A stretch of 64,000 nucleotides of DNA, taken from positions 15,852 to 79,851 of the forward strand of contig CAWBNO010000007.1 of NCBI GenBank assembly GCA_963790095.1, in the 5' to 3' direction. The notes below the pieces were generated by a model that did not search any database, was not told the origin of the DNA, and saw nothing but the letters and a program-made list of their open reading frames with translations. This DNA is from an uncultured delta proteobacterium (GTDB lineage: Bacteria; Desulfobacterota; Desulfobacteria; Desulfobacterales; UBA11574). The translations under genes and the position numbers were made by a program. This document shows, piece by piece, positions 47,531 through 57,780 of this stretch; position 1 is the first letter of the stretch; each line of letters starts with the position of its first letter.

Positions 47531-48955
47531 CTATATAACGGCGGCCACCGCCTCCTTGGCAAAATCGATAAACCCCTGGGGGAATATGCCCAGCAGAATA
47601 ATGATGACAATAAAAAAGATTCCGAGAACCGATGTGGAAACCCGGAGATTCAGCGGCGAAAGCTGTTCGTCCACACTGGTATAGGCCGCCCGGACCATTT
47701 TAAGATAGTAGAAAATTGCAATACCGGTATTGATCACTGCCAGGATAACCAGGGCGTACATATCTTTTTTAATGGCGGCAGTGAAAATAAAAAGCTTTCC
47801 GGTAAAACCGATGGTCGGGGGAATGCCGGCCATACCAAAGGCGCTAACAGCCAGGGTTAGGGCCATCAGGGGTGACCGTTTATAGAGTCCGGTAAGATCA
47901 TCAAAGGAAATATTTTCCCCTTGGGGTGCCAGGTGGTAAATAACAAAAAAGCAGGCCAGATTCATGAACAGGTAACCGGCAATATAGTATATCCCCGAAA
48001 GGTATCCCAATTCACTGGCACAAAGGAGGCCGATCATCAAATAACCGGCGTGGGCAATACTGGAGTAGGCCAGCAGGCGTTTTAAATCGGTCTGCACAAG
48101 GGCGGACAAGTTGCCAAAGGTCATGGAGAGTACAGCAAAAATCATCATAACCCAGGTAAACTGGCCGACCTCGGCACCCGCCAGGGTGATCAGTCGGATC
48201 AACAATGCCACGGCCGCCACTTTGGGGAGGGTTGCCACAAAGCTGGAGGTTTCATTGGCAGCCCCCTCGTAGACATCCGGGGCCCAGAAATGCATGGGGA
48301 AGAGGGCCAGCTTGTAAAAGAAACCGGACAGAAGCATCACCAGGCCGATGAGCATCAGGGGTTTTTTTAGGAGGACCCCGGGAATTATTTTCATAAGATC
48401 GGCAAGGTATGTGGTGTGCGTCATTCCAAAGATATAGCTCATGCCGTACAGGGTTATTCCCGATGCTGCGACCCCGAAAAGCGCATATTTGATGCCCGCT
48501 TCCATCTGTTCCCGGTATGCCCCCTTTTTCCGGAACGGAATGATGATAAAGAGTGCAAACGAAGAGATTTCAAGACAGATGATGATGGTAATCAGCTCCA
48601 CGGCACTGCTCATGCTAACGAGTCCGAATGCGCTGATGGTCAGAAAAAGGTAATATTCAGGACGGAGTGTATCGTCGATACCGTAAAGCCCTTCTCCCAG
48701 ATAGATGACGATAAACAGACCAAAGGTTATGATGACCTTGAATATCTGAGAAAAAGCGTCCACACGGTAGGCATCGAAGAAAAGAGAGCCTTTAAGTCCA
48801 TAGGAATATACGGATGCCATGACCGCAATGGCGGAAAGGAGAAGGCCAAGGCTTCGCAGCCGGGACTCTTTTAGATTTCCCAGTGAAACAACAAAGAAGA
48901 CCAGGGCCATAAAAAGCAATGTCAGTTCGGGTAAATACAGTGCCATCGAATTCAA
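47531..48955 (-). CDS. nuoN: NADH-quinone oxidoreductase subunit N
   Basis: 474-aa polytopic antiporter-like protein in last position of the nuo cluster, with an N-terminal pattern typical of NuoN. Confidence 0.8.
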   Translation of the reverse strand: MNSMALYLPELTLLFMALVFFVVSLGNLKESRLRSLGLLLSAIAVMASVYSYGLKGSLFFDAYRVDAFSQIFKVIITFGLFIVIYLGEGLYGIDDTLRPEYYLFLTISAFGLVSMSSAVELITIIICLEISSFALFIIIPFRKKGAYREQMEAGIKYALFGVAASGITLYGMSYIFGMTHTTYLADLMKIIPGVLLKKPLMLIGLVMLLSGFFYKLALFPMHFWAPDVYEGAANETSSFVATLPKVAAVALLIRLITLAGAEVGQFTWVMMIFAVLSMTFGNLSALVQTDLKRLLAYSSIAHAGYLMIGLLCASELGYLSGIYYIAGYLFMNLACFFVIYHLAPQGENISFDDLTGLYKRSPLMALTLAVSAFGMAGIPPTIGFTGKLFIFTAAIKKDMYALVILAVINTGIAIFYYLKMVRAAYTSVDEQLSPLNLRVSTSVLGIFFIVIIILLGIFPQGFIDFAKEAVAAVI

Positions 48956-49144
48956 TCCATTCTATGATGAGACCTTTGCAAAATATCTATTTTTCAAAGG
49001 TTTCGATAAATTAACTATATTTCGGAAATTAAAAAATTATTAGGATAAAGGGATCTATCTTTTATTTTTAGACTGGGCAATATCCCCAACCCAATATTCC
49101 ATATATTCCATTATTCCAAATGGGGTGTACCACCCCAATTCTTA

Positions 49145-50731
49145 TTATTTGAGTGCCAACACATGTTTAATCGATTCACCCACCCCGTTTAGAATCGCAT
49201 GGGGTTCACCGTGTCCGGCCGGCAGAACGTTCATGCCCGACTCCAACTGCTGGAGGAGGTGCGTGGTGCTGGCATCCATAACTTTCAAAAAAGGTGCCGG
49301 ATGGAATCCGATCCAAAAAACAAAGATGGTCAGAAACGCCAATGTGGCGGTCTCTCTAAAATTCAGGTCAGACAGATGCGACTTTTCGCCATGATGCATA
49401 TGACCGTCCGAATCGGCCCAAACCATCTTTTGAACCAGCCGAAGCATATACGCAGCCGCCAGAATTGCGCCGATAACCGCAAACCCGCCCACGATTTTGT
49501 ACTTGGAAAAGGAGGCCATTAGGACCAAAAATTCTCCCACAAAACTGTTGGTTCCGGGAAATGCCAGAGAAGATAGAGAGAAAACCACCAGAAAGGAAAC
49601 GTAGATGGGCATCATCATCCCCAGGGCGGAATTGTCCGAGATCTCACGGCTGTGGGTCCGTTCATAGATGATACCGACACAGATAAAGAGGGCTCCGGTG
49701 GTAATACCATGGTTGATCATTTGCAGGATAGCGCCCTTGATACCGGCGTCGTTCAAAAGGAATATCCCCAATGTGACAAACCCCATATGGCCGACACTGG
49801 AGTATGCAATAAGGCGCTTCACATCGCTCTGGCCCAGGGCAAGATAGCCCCCGAAAACAATGGAGATAATGGAGAGTGCGATCAAATAGGGCATACAGTA
49901 TACCGTTGCCCCCGGCGCCATTGGAAGACAAAATCGCAAAAAACCGTACCCCCCCATTTTAAGGAGGATACTTGCAAGGATAACGCTTCCTGCCGTGGGT
50001 GCCTCCACATGGGCTGCAGGAAGCCAGGTGTGAAGGGGCCACATGGGAACCTTTATCGCAAAGGCCAGTGTAAAGGCCCAGAAAATCCACATCTGATAGC
50101 TGAAACTGTAATGGTGTGTCATCAACTCCGGGATGAAGAACGTGCCGGTTGTCACGTAAAGTGCGATGATGGCGACAAAGAGAAAGATGCTTCCGATGAG
50201 GGTGTAAAGAAAAAATTTAATGGATGCATAGTCTTTACGGGGACCGCCCCAAACAGCGATGAGGAGGTACATGGGAACCAGCATCGCTTCCCAGAAAATA
50301 AAGAAAAGAACCGTATTCAAACTGATAAAAACCCCGATCATGGAGGCTTCCATGAGGAGGAGGACACAAATGAACTCTTTGAATCTATCTTTGATATACG
50401 TCCACGAGCAGAGAATACACAGGGGCATGATCAGCGTGGTGAGGAGCACCAAAAGAACACTGATACCGTCCACCCCCAAAACGTAGTCGATATTTACAAA
50501 CGGAATCCAGTCGCTGAATTCTGCGAACTGATATTTCGCCGTTGTCAGGTCAAAACTGGTATAGAGGGGCAGAGAAAGTACTGCCGTAACCAGCGTCACC
50601 ATCATTCCCCAAATCTTCAGGTTTCTGTCTCCCCGGATGGCCAGCGTGATAATCGCGCCAAAGAGCGGGACACACACCAAAACCGTCAGAATCGGATAAC
50701 TTAAAGTATTATAGATCAAATATTGTTCCAT
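49145..50731 (-). CDS. nuoM: NADH-quinone oxidoreductase subunit M
   Basis: 528 aa. ...DYVLGVDGISVLLVLLTTLIMPLCIL... and WLPAAHVEAPTAGSVILA blocks are typical of NuoM. Confidence 0.8.
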   Translation of the reverse strand: MEQYLIYNTLSYPILTVLVCVPLFGAIITLAIRGDRNLKIWGMMVTLVTAVLSLPLYTSFDLTTAKYQFAEFSDWIPFVNIDYVLGVDGISVLLVLLTTLIMPLCILCSWTYIKDRFKEFICVLLLMEASMIGVFISLNTVLFFIFWEAMLVPMYLLIAVWGGPRKDYASIKFFLYTLIGSIFLFVAIIALYVTTGTFFIPELMTHHYSFSYQMWIFWAFTLAFAIKVPMWPLHTWLPAAHVEAPTAGSVILASILLKMGGYGFLRFCLPMAPGATVYCMPYLIALSIISIVFGGYLALGQSDVKRLIAYSSVGHMGFVTLGIFLLNDAGIKGAILQMINHGITTGALFICVGIIYERTHSREISDNSALGMMMPIYVSFLVVFSLSSLAFPGTNSFVGEFLVLMASFSKYKIVGGFAVIGAILAAAYMLRLVQKMVWADSDGHMHHGEKSHLSDLNFRETATLAFLTIFVFWIGFHPAPFLKVMDASTTHLLQQLESGMNVLPAGHGEPHAILNGVGESIKHVLALK

Positions 50732-50765
50732 ATACGAAACGTCCTAACTCCACAAAAAAATTCTT

Positions 50766-52535
50766 CTAGACAAGGATTACGATAATCAGTATGATAAACG
50801 TCAGTGCAATGGCACCGCCGATATAATGCTGGATTTTCCCGGTCATGAGGGATCTGACCCGGTTACCCCCTTCAACCACCCCTCGCGCGGAACCGTCGAT
50901 GGTCCAGTCGATGCCTTCCCAGTCGAACCACGAGATGGCCTTTGCCAAGGCCATGGTCAGTCTGAACCCGATGCGTCGATACACGTCGTTGACCCAGCCG
51001 TCGGATGAAAGCACCGGCCGGGAGGCAAAAACCATGAACACCCTTGCGCCCTTCCGATAGAACCAGTCCACGTCGAGGTTCATTTTGGGTTCGGGCTTGA
51101 GCTTTTTAACCATGAGGTAAAAGCCCAGACCGGTGAACCCCAGAATCTGGAGGGTTTCGGACAGATGGTACGCGGTGTAAGGATGATAATTGACCGGAAA
51201 GGGAAGCATCTTGTAAAGGTAGTCTGGATAGATACCGAAGAAAAAGCACAAAAATGCAGCGATACCCATGGCCAGGTTCATGTTCCATGGGGCATCCTTT
51301 GCCCGGACACCCGAGTCTTTGCCAAACCATATAAAATACGGGAGTTTGATTCCCACCGAGAGAAACGTTCCCACTGCGGCCAGGGTCATCATCAGCAACA
51401 GGCCGATCCGGTGGCTTTCACCGGCGGCGGCGATAATCATCGATTTGCTGATAAACCCGCTGGTGAGGGGAAAGCCCGAAATTGAAATTCCGCCGATCAC
51501 CGTAAATATCATCGCCAACGGCATTTGTTTGTATAATCCGCCGAGCTCATTGAGTTTCGTTTTTCCGGTCATTTCCAGCACGGCACCCACACCCATAAAG
51601 AGCAGGGCTTTGTAAATAATGTGGGCATAGGCGTGGGAAATGGCCCCGTTAACGGCCATGGCGGTTCCGATGCCGACCCCGCAGACCATGTAGCCCACCT
51701 GGGATACGATATGATAGGCAAGAATCCGTCGTGCATCGTTTTCAATGGCAGCGTATCCGACACCGTAAACGGTCATGATGGCCCCCAGGATCGCCAGTGC
51801 TTCAAATCCCGGAAAACCCCGGGCCAGAACATACACCGCTGTCTTGGTGGTGAAGGCACACATGAAAACGGCACCGGTGACGGAAGCTTCGGGATATGCG
51901 TCGGGAAGCCATGCGTGGATGGGCGGAACAGCGGCATTGAGCATAAATCCGATCATGATGAGATAATCGGCGAATGTGGCGCCGTTGGCCGCAATCTGCA
52001 CAAAGCTTAAATCATGGATGTTCTTATACCGCAGAAAAATGCCCCCGAGGAGAACCAGTCCGCCGGCGGTATGAACCAGCAGATATCTGAATCCGGCTTC
52101 AATGGATCGTCTTTTTTTCCGGTACCAGACCAGAAAGGTCGACGCAAAGGCCATCATCTCCCAGAAGATAAACAGGGTCAGGTAATCGCCGCAAAGTGTC
52201 ACGCCCAAAGATCCGGCCACGTAAAGAAACGCCGCAATATGCTGGCCGGTCTCTTTGACATGGAGCCCGTAGATACAGCCGATGATGGCCATTACGGTAA
52301 AAACGTGGAGAAAAACGCGTGTCAGCTGGTCGACCCTTCCGAAAACCAGATCAAACCCCATATAGGAAACCTGGCCGAAGCTGTCCGGAAGCCAGTGGAT
52401 CACTGTAAAAGCGATGACCGGAACAGCGATAAGCACCCCTTTCTGGAGTCCCTTCCTTTTGTTTAAAAAAGGGAGAAGAACGGCACCCATCAGAAACCAG
52501 GTGGCCGGATGAATGAAGATCGTACTACTTATCAT
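50766..52535 (-). CDS. antiporter-like subunit with C-terminal lateral-helix-type extension (NuoL/MrpA-D-like)
   Basis: 589 aa. Mrp/Nuo antiporter core (LFIFWEMMAFASTFLV, WLPDAYPEASVTGAVF) plus a ~110-aa tail of amphipathic stretch and final TM (…IGGAIALTFIILIIVILV). Confidence 0.7.
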   Translation of the reverse strand: MISSTIFIHPATWFLMGAVLLPFLNKRKGLQKGVLIAVPVIAFTVIHWLPDSFGQVSYMGFDLVFGRVDQLTRVFLHVFTVMAIIGCIYGLHVKETGQHIAAFLYVAGSLGVTLCGDYLTLFIFWEMMAFASTFLVWYRKKRRSIEAGFRYLLVHTAGGLVLLGGIFLRYKNIHDLSFVQIAANGATFADYLIMIGFMLNAAVPPIHAWLPDAYPEASVTGAVFMCAFTTKTAVYVLARGFPGFEALAILGAIMTVYGVGYAAIENDARRILAYHIVSQVGYMVCGVGIGTAMAVNGAISHAYAHIIYKALLFMGVGAVLEMTGKTKLNELGGLYKQMPLAMIFTVIGGISISGFPLTSGFISKSMIIAAAGESHRIGLLLMMTLAAVGTFLSVGIKLPYFIWFGKDSGVRAKDAPWNMNLAMGIAAFLCFFFGIYPDYLYKMLPFPVNYHPYTAYHLSETLQILGFTGLGFYLMVKKLKPEPKMNLDVDWFYRKGARVFMVFASRPVLSSDGWVNDVYRRIGFRLTMALAKAISWFDWEGIDWTIDGSARGVVEGGNRVRSLMTGKIQHYIGGAIALTFIILIIVILV

Positions 52536-52773
52536 AATAATCTTCCTCTTTGGCTAACCAGACATGGGAGAGTCCTTTCCAGACCACGATCATCCCAAGA
52601 CATCCCAGAAGGCCGAACCCAGACCAGAAACCGATGATGGAATCACCGAAAAAATGGGGTGCATGTCTTTCCGCGTAAAAATCGAACACCACGGTAAGGG
52701 CCAGGAAGGCGAAAAACAGCATTTTCAGCATCCGGGAGTGCTCGTTCAGGTAATTGAGTATTCGTAGTAACAT
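52525..52773 (-). CDS. small two-TM membrane protein embedded in the nuo cluster
   Basis: 82 aa. Its ends overlap both neighbours (1 nt upstream, 11 nt downstream), which suggests translational coupling. Confidence 0.6.
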   Translation of the reverse strand: MLLRILNYLNEHSRMLKMLFFAFLALTVVFDFYAERHAPHFFGDSIIGFWSGFGLLGCLGMIVVWKGLSHVWLAKEEDYYDK

Positions 52774-54266
52774 TATCTTGCCACCATTAGATTTATTATT
52801 TTAAGGAATAGATCCGGATAGATACCAAACAGAACCGAAGCAACCGCCGTAAAGAACAAAGGAATCACCATGAGCATAATCAAGGGGGTTCCTTCAAGAA
52901 AGCCCATGGATGGGTTGTCTTCGGGAGGCCGTTTCCCAAAGAAGGATGTATAAAAAACCGGTACGAAATAGCCTGCGTTGAGAAGGCTGCTCACCAGGAT
53001 CACCGTCAACAGGATCGTATTATGAATGTCCAGCGTTCCCAGTGCCAGGAACCATTTTGTTACAAAACCGCTCACCGGCGGGACGCCGATCATACTCAGG
53101 GAAGCGAGACCGAAGGCGATCATGGTAAAGGGCATGTTCCAGCCGATACCCCCCATCTCCGACACATTTTTTTTACGGGTGGCCACGAAAATTGCCCCTG
53201 CGCAGAAAAAGAGGGTGATTTTTGCAAAGGCATGATTGGTGATGTGGATAATTCCGCCGGTGATGCTGTTGGGTGTCAACATGGCAACACCGAGAATGAT
53301 ATAAGAAAGCTGGCTGACGGTGGAATAGGCCAGCCGCATTTTTAAATTGTTTTGGGTCAGCGCGATCATGGAAGCGACAATGATGGTGAACGACGCCAGG
53401 TAGGCCGTAAAGGTTCCCAGACCCAGTTGGTCGAGGAGGTTTACACCGAAAACCGACAGCATTACCCGGGCAACGGAGAATACGCCGACTTTGACCACCA
53501 CAACGGCATGCAGCAATGCGGACACCGGGGTGGGGGCCACCATCGCCGCAGGGAGCCAGCCGTGTATCGGCATGAGCGCGGCTTTGGCAAATCCAAAAAT
53601 ACACAAAATATAGGTGATTTTCACCAGAAGCGGCGATGCCGTATGGGGGAAGATGCCTGTCGCAACATTGCCGATGGCAAAATCCAAGGTGCCGCACTGG
53701 ACGTAAACCAAGACCATGGCCGGCAATAGAAACGCCTTGGAGGCGAACATGAGATAAACGATATATTTCCGACCGCCGAAATATCCTTCCTCGTCTTGGT
53801 GGTGTGCGACCAGAGGATAGGTAAATATGGAGACGATTTCGTAAAACAGGTAGAGCGTAAAGAGATTTGCGGAAAATGCCGCTCCCATGGCACCGCCCAC
53901 GGCCACGGCGTAACAGAAGTAAAATCTCGTCTGGGCGTGTTCGTCCAATCCGCGCATGTAGCCCATACAGTAAAATCCCGCCATGATCCATAAGAATGAA
54001 GAGGTCCCGGCGAAAAGAACACCCAAACCGTCCAGCTGGAACTTGACGCTAACACCGGGATAAAGGGTAAACATCGTGTATTCGTAAGACCCCCCTCCCA
54101 AAAGACGGGGCAAGAAATAGACCACGGATAAAAAGGTTAGCAGCGCGCCACAGACAGACCATGTTTCCCTAAGGTTCGGTTTGTTCTTCGAGCCCATTAT
54201 GAGAAGCGCCGTGACCAAAGGAATCAGGGGTGTTAAAACGATCTTACTTGTTATAATGGTTTCCAT
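52773..54266 (-). CDS. additional antiporter-like subunit (MrpD/NuoM-like)
   Basis: 497 aa. LFTLYLFYEIVSIFTYPLV, WLPAAMVAPTPVSALLHAVVVVKVG. Confidence 0.7.
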   Translation of the reverse strand: METIITSKIVLTPLIPLVTALLIMGSKNKPNLRETWSVCGALLTFLSVVYFLPRLLGGGSYEYTMFTLYPGVSVKFQLDGLGVLFAGTSSFLWIMAGFYCMGYMRGLDEHAQTRFYFCYAVAVGGAMGAAFSANLFTLYLFYEIVSIFTYPLVAHHQDEEGYFGGRKYIVYLMFASKAFLLPAMVLVYVQCGTLDFAIGNVATGIFPHTASPLLVKITYILCIFGFAKAALMPIHGWLPAAMVAPTPVSALLHAVVVVKVGVFSVARVMLSVFGVNLLDQLGLGTFTAYLASFTIIVASMIALTQNNLKMRLAYSTVSQLSYIILGVAMLTPNSITGGIIHITNHAFAKITLFFCAGAIFVATRKKNVSEMGGIGWNMPFTMIAFGLASLSMIGVPPVSGFVTKWFLALGTLDIHNTILLTVILVSSLLNAGYFVPVFYTSFFGKRPPEDNPSMGFLEGTPLIMLMVIPLFFTAVASVLFGIYPDLFLKIINLMVAR

Positions 54267-54303
54267 AAAAATGCCTAAATTTTAGGTCTACTATATCCTT
54301 CTT

Positions 54304-54624
54304 CTATCCATGGAGTTCTTTGATTTCGTTAGGATCGATGGAATGATACCTTCTGAAAACAGCAAGTATAAAACTCACTACAATGGCCGCTTCTGCGGCG
54401 GCGATACCCATGATGAAAAGTGTTATCACCTGTCCCACGGCAGGATCGGGAGCCAGAAAACGGTTAAACGCCATAAAGTTCACGCCGGCCCCGTTTAGAA
54501 CCAGCTCGGTGGAGACCAGCATGCCGATAAAGGACTTGTGCTGGATCAAACCGTAAATGCCGGCGATCAGGAGAAATACCCCCAGAATCAGATAGGTGTT
54601 AAGATTATTGCTTAGCATCATCAT
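54304..54624 (-). CDS. nuoK: NADH-quinone oxidoreductase subunit K
   Basis: 106 aa, three TM; ...STELVLNGAGVNF...GIAAAEAAIV.... Confidence 0.85.
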   Translation of the reverse strand: MMMLSNNLNTYLILGVFLLIAGIYGLIQHKSFIGMLVSTELVLNGAGVNFMAFNRFLAPDPAVGQVITLFIMGIAAAEAAIVVSFILAVFRRYHSIDPNEIKELHG

Positions 54625-55189
54625 TCGGATAATTACCTTTTGCAGATCTTAAATGTTCTATGGTTTTATATTCGTCCTCCCTGCCTCCCCGGGCCAGGAT
54701 GATCGATCCGACAATCGCCACCAGAAGAACGATGGATATAAGTTCGAAAGCCAGGCAGTAGGTGTACAGAAATTCTTCTCCCAGGTGCGTGATGGAAAAA
54801 TCCCTCATTTCCCCAAGGGCAGGAACCCAGTCTGTTTTAAGAACACAGGCCATGAGAAGCAAAAAGGCCGCGATGGCCGATGAAATGGCTAAAAATTTAT
54901 TTCGCCAATCTTTAAGGGTTTTGTCCGCCACTTCTGTGGGGGTATATCCCACCATAATGCCGAAAACCAGAACGATACATATAGCGCCCACATAAATGAG
55001 GATCTGCATCAATGTCAGAAACATGCTTCCCAGATAGAAATAAATGCCGGCGGTACCGAGGAATGCCACTGCAAGGCCCAAGACCGTGTGCATGAGGATT
55101 TTCGTTCTAATTGTGAGGATGCTTCCCAATATCACCAGAAGGATGAATGCAAAAAAGAGGCCTTCGGCAATGATTTGGTAAAAAGTCAT
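54605..55189 (-). CDS. nuoJ: NADH-quinone oxidoreductase subunit J
   Basis: 194 aa membrane protein in the canonical position between nuoI and nuoK. Confidence 0.75.
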   Translation of the reverse strand: MTFYQIIAEGLFFAFILLVILGSILTIRTKILMHTVLGLAVAFLGTAGIYFYLGSMFLTLMQILIYVGAICIVLVFGIMVGYTPTEVADKTLKDWRNKFLAISSAIAAFLLLMACVLKTDWVPALGEMRDFSITHLGEEFLYTYCLAFELISIVLLVAIVGSIILARGGREDEYKTIEHLRSAKGNYPNDDAKQ

Positions 55190-55629
55190 GTTCTCCGCTC
55201 CTCCAGCCGTTTGAGAATATCGAAGTGAAACGCTTCTCTGGAAAAGGCCGCCAGGTTGTATTCCTGGGAAAACTCGAGTGCGTCTTTCGGGCAGACTTCA
55301 ACACATGTTCCACACAGGCTGCACTTGGTAAAGTCCAACTCGAAAAGGGCCAGAGTCTTCTTCTTTTCGCCTTCCATTTTTTTGCCTTCGACTTTGATAC
55401 AGTCGGAAGGGCAGGACTTTTCACACATTCCACAGCTTATACACAAAAAGGTGTTCTTTTCCGAGTCCAGAACAAGGTCGATATGGCCCCGGTAATTGGG
55501 GGTAATGTCGATTTCTTCCCTGGGATACTGGACGGTAACAATGGGTTGAAAAAGCGCTTTAAAGGTTACGCCCAGTCCCTCAACCAGGCTTTTTCCCCCG
55601 GTATATATTTCTGAAAAATACTGCTTCAT
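55186..55629 (-). CDS. nuoI: NADH-quinone oxidoreductase subunit I (2x[4Fe-4S])
   Basis: CISCGMCEKSCP and CSLCGTCVEVCP. Confidence 0.85.
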   Translation of the reverse strand: MKQYFSEIYTGGKSLVEGLGVTFKALFQPIVTVQYPREEIDITPNYRGHIDLVLDSEKNTFLCISCGMCEKSCPSDCIKVEGKKMEGEKKKTLALFELDFTKCSLCGTCVEVCPKDALEFSQEYNLAAFSREAFHFDILKRLEERRT

Positions 55630-56609
55630 AGTTTAACCAGCACCGCTGTTATTAAGATATTAACAAAAGAAAAGGGTACGAGATATTTCCAGGCAAAATT
55701 AAGCAGTTGATCAAATCGTACCCTGGGATAGGTCCACCGAATCATGATCATGAGAAACAACAAAAAATAGACTTTCAGAAAAAACCAGACGACACCTAAA
55801 TATGCACCGTAAGGAAGATGCGGTCCGTGCCAGCCGCCCAAGAAGAGAACCGTCGCCACCGACGCCACGATAAACATGTTCGTATACTCTCCGATGAAAA
55901 AGAGCGAGAAGCCCATTCCGCTGTATTCGGTGTGAAATCCTGCGGTGAGTTCGCTTTCAGCTTCCGGAAGGTCGAAAGGCGCGCGGTTGGTCTCAGCCAC
56001 TCCGGCAATGACGTAGATGAGGAACGCAACCGGCTGCAAAAAAACGAACCAAATTTTTTGCTGTGCCCCGACGATCTCTTTGAGACTGAATGTATTACAC
56101 ATGAGGACCACTGCAAGCATTGAAAGCAGAATCGGTATTTCAAACGCAATGGACTGGGCCACGGCACGCATGGCACCGAACATGGAATATTTGTTGTTGG
56201 AACCCCATCCGGCGACCAGAAGCGCCATGACGTTGACGGATCCCATTGAAACGATGAAAATAAGACCCAGGCTCAGGTCCCTGGCCTGGAGTTTTTCACT
56301 GAATGGAATCACGAGAAGGGGAAGGATAACCGGCGTAAATGACAAGAGCGGCGCCACCCTAAAAAGGGTACGATCCACATTGAATGGGATCAGCAACTCT
56401 TTTCCCAAAAGCTTTACGCCATCGACGACCATTTGCAAGATCCCATGAAATCCTACTTCCATGGGGCCGGGACGTCGTTGAACATGGCCGGCAATCTTTC
56501 GTTCCAGATACCCCATCATGATGGCGTTTAGAAAAAGAAATGATATGATGATGATGACGGCGATCAGCATCCGGATCAGTTCGGGCGGTAATATCGACAT
56601 CGTTTCCAT
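55626..56609 (-). CDS. nuoH: NADH-quinone oxidoreductase subunit H
   Basis: MGYLERKIAGHVQRRPGPMEVG...AETNRAPFDLPEAESEL are classical NuoH blocks. Confidence 0.9.
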   Translation of the reverse strand: METMSILPPELIRMLIAVIIIISFLFLNAIMMGYLERKIAGHVQRRPGPMEVGFHGILQMVVDGVKLLGKELLIPFNVDRTLFRVAPLLSFTPVILPLLVIPFSEKLQARDLSLGLIFIVSMGSVNVMALLVAGWGSNNKYSMFGAMRAVAQSIAFEIPILLSMLAVVLMCNTFSLKEIVGAQQKIWFVFLQPVAFLIYVIAGVAETNRAPFDLPEAESELTAGFHTEYSGMGFSLFFIGEYTNMFIVASVATVLFLGGWHGPHLPYGAYLGVVWFFLKVYFLLFLMIMIRWTYPRVRFDQLLNFAWKYLVPFSFVNILITAVLVKL

Positions 56610-56644
56610 AAGTTAATTCAGTATCTGCATTTCAATTTTATATT

Positions 56645-57757
56645 CTATCGATCCATTTCCGGTATCACGAGATCGAAGCTTCCCAGGATAGAAACAAGGT
56701 CGGGCAAAAGAATCCCGCGTCCCAGCTCCGGAAGACAGCTCAAGTTGGAATAAGACGGAACCCGAACCTTCAACCGGTAGGGCGTGCTGGTTCCATCTCC
56801 TACAAGGTAATATGAAAGCTCCCCTCTAGCCGCTTCCACGGCGAAATTGCAGTCGCCCGGGCTCAGTTTAATATTTTTGGGCACCTTGGCTCGAACCGGT
56901 CCCTCGGGAAGCCGGTCCAGAGCCTGTTCGATAATTCTAAGGCTCTGCTCCATTTCCCGGATGCGAACCATGTAACGATCCAGACAATCCCCTTGCGCTC
57001 CAACCGGAACCTCAAAATCAAATTCGGGATAAACAGAATAAGGTTCATTCTTTCGAACATCATACCCAATCCCCGATCCCCTCAGGTTCGGACCGGTCAT
57101 TCCGTATCGAAGCGCCATATCTGGTGACACAATCCCGATATTTTCCGTACGTTTGATGAAAATAATATTTTTGGTCACCAGTTTTTCATAGATCACGAAA
57201 CGTTCCCGGAGGCGCTTGATAAAGGCACGGGTAGACGCCACAAACTTATCGTCGATGTCTCGGGAAACCCCGCCGAAACGGTAATAGCAGTAAGTCAGCC
57301 TGGAACCGGTTATATCTTCGAGAATGTCCAGAATGTGCTCACGGTCATCGAATCCATAAAGAATAGGGGTAAAGGCGCCGAGGTCGAGGAGGTAGGCGCC
57401 GAGCCAGAGTAAATGACTGGCCACCCGGTTAAGCTCCGAGGTGATGACGCGAATGTATTCCGCCCTTTTCGGCACCTCGATGCCCGTTTTCCTTTCGATG
57501 AGAGAAACATACCCGTGATTGTACGGAAGGGCGCAGACATAATCCATTCTTGCGGTATTGGGCATAAAACCCACACACGGTCTCGACTCCGCCATCTTTT
57601 CATGCATTCGATGGACAAACCCGAGCACCGGTTGGGGATCGAGAACATATTCTCCGCTCATTTCCAGCACAATCAGAAGAACCCCGTGGGTACTGGGATG
57701 CTGGGGCCCCATATTTAGAAAAAACCGGTTTTTTTCCTGGAAATCTGATTCAAGCAT
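56645..57757 (-). CDS. nuoD: NADH-quinone oxidoreductase subunit D
   Basis: LNMGPQHPSTHGVL...; C-terminal ...DLVIPEMDR. Confidence 0.9.
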   Translation of the reverse strand: MLESDFQEKNRFFLNMGPQHPSTHGVLLIVLEMSGEYVLDPQPVLGFVHRMHEKMAESRPCVGFMPNTARMDYVCALPYNHGYVSLIERKTGIEVPKRAEYIRVITSELNRVASHLLWLGAYLLDLGAFTPILYGFDDREHILDILEDITGSRLTYCYYRFGGVSRDIDDKFVASTRAFIKRLRERFVIYEKLVTKNIIFIKRTENIGIVSPDMALRYGMTGPNLRGSGIGYDVRKNEPYSVYPEFDFEVPVGAQGDCLDRYMVRIREMEQSLRIIEQALDRLPEGPVRAKVPKNIKLSPGDCNFAVEAARGELSYYLVGDGTSTPYRLKVRVPSYSNLSCLPELGRGILLPDLVSILGSFDLVIPEMDR

Positions 57758-57780
57758 AATGCATTTTATTTTTCTATTGG

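Noticed and set aside
49652-50704. 350-aa plus-strand ORF.
   Set aside because: It is antisense to nuoM. The translation is charged and His-rich, and unlike any protein family.
53173-53991. 272-aa minus-strand ORF in an alternative frame of the 497-aa antiporter-like gene.
   Set aside because: The translation is Arg/Gly/His-rich with no TM helices. The overlapping frame encodes a coherent polytopic membrane protein.
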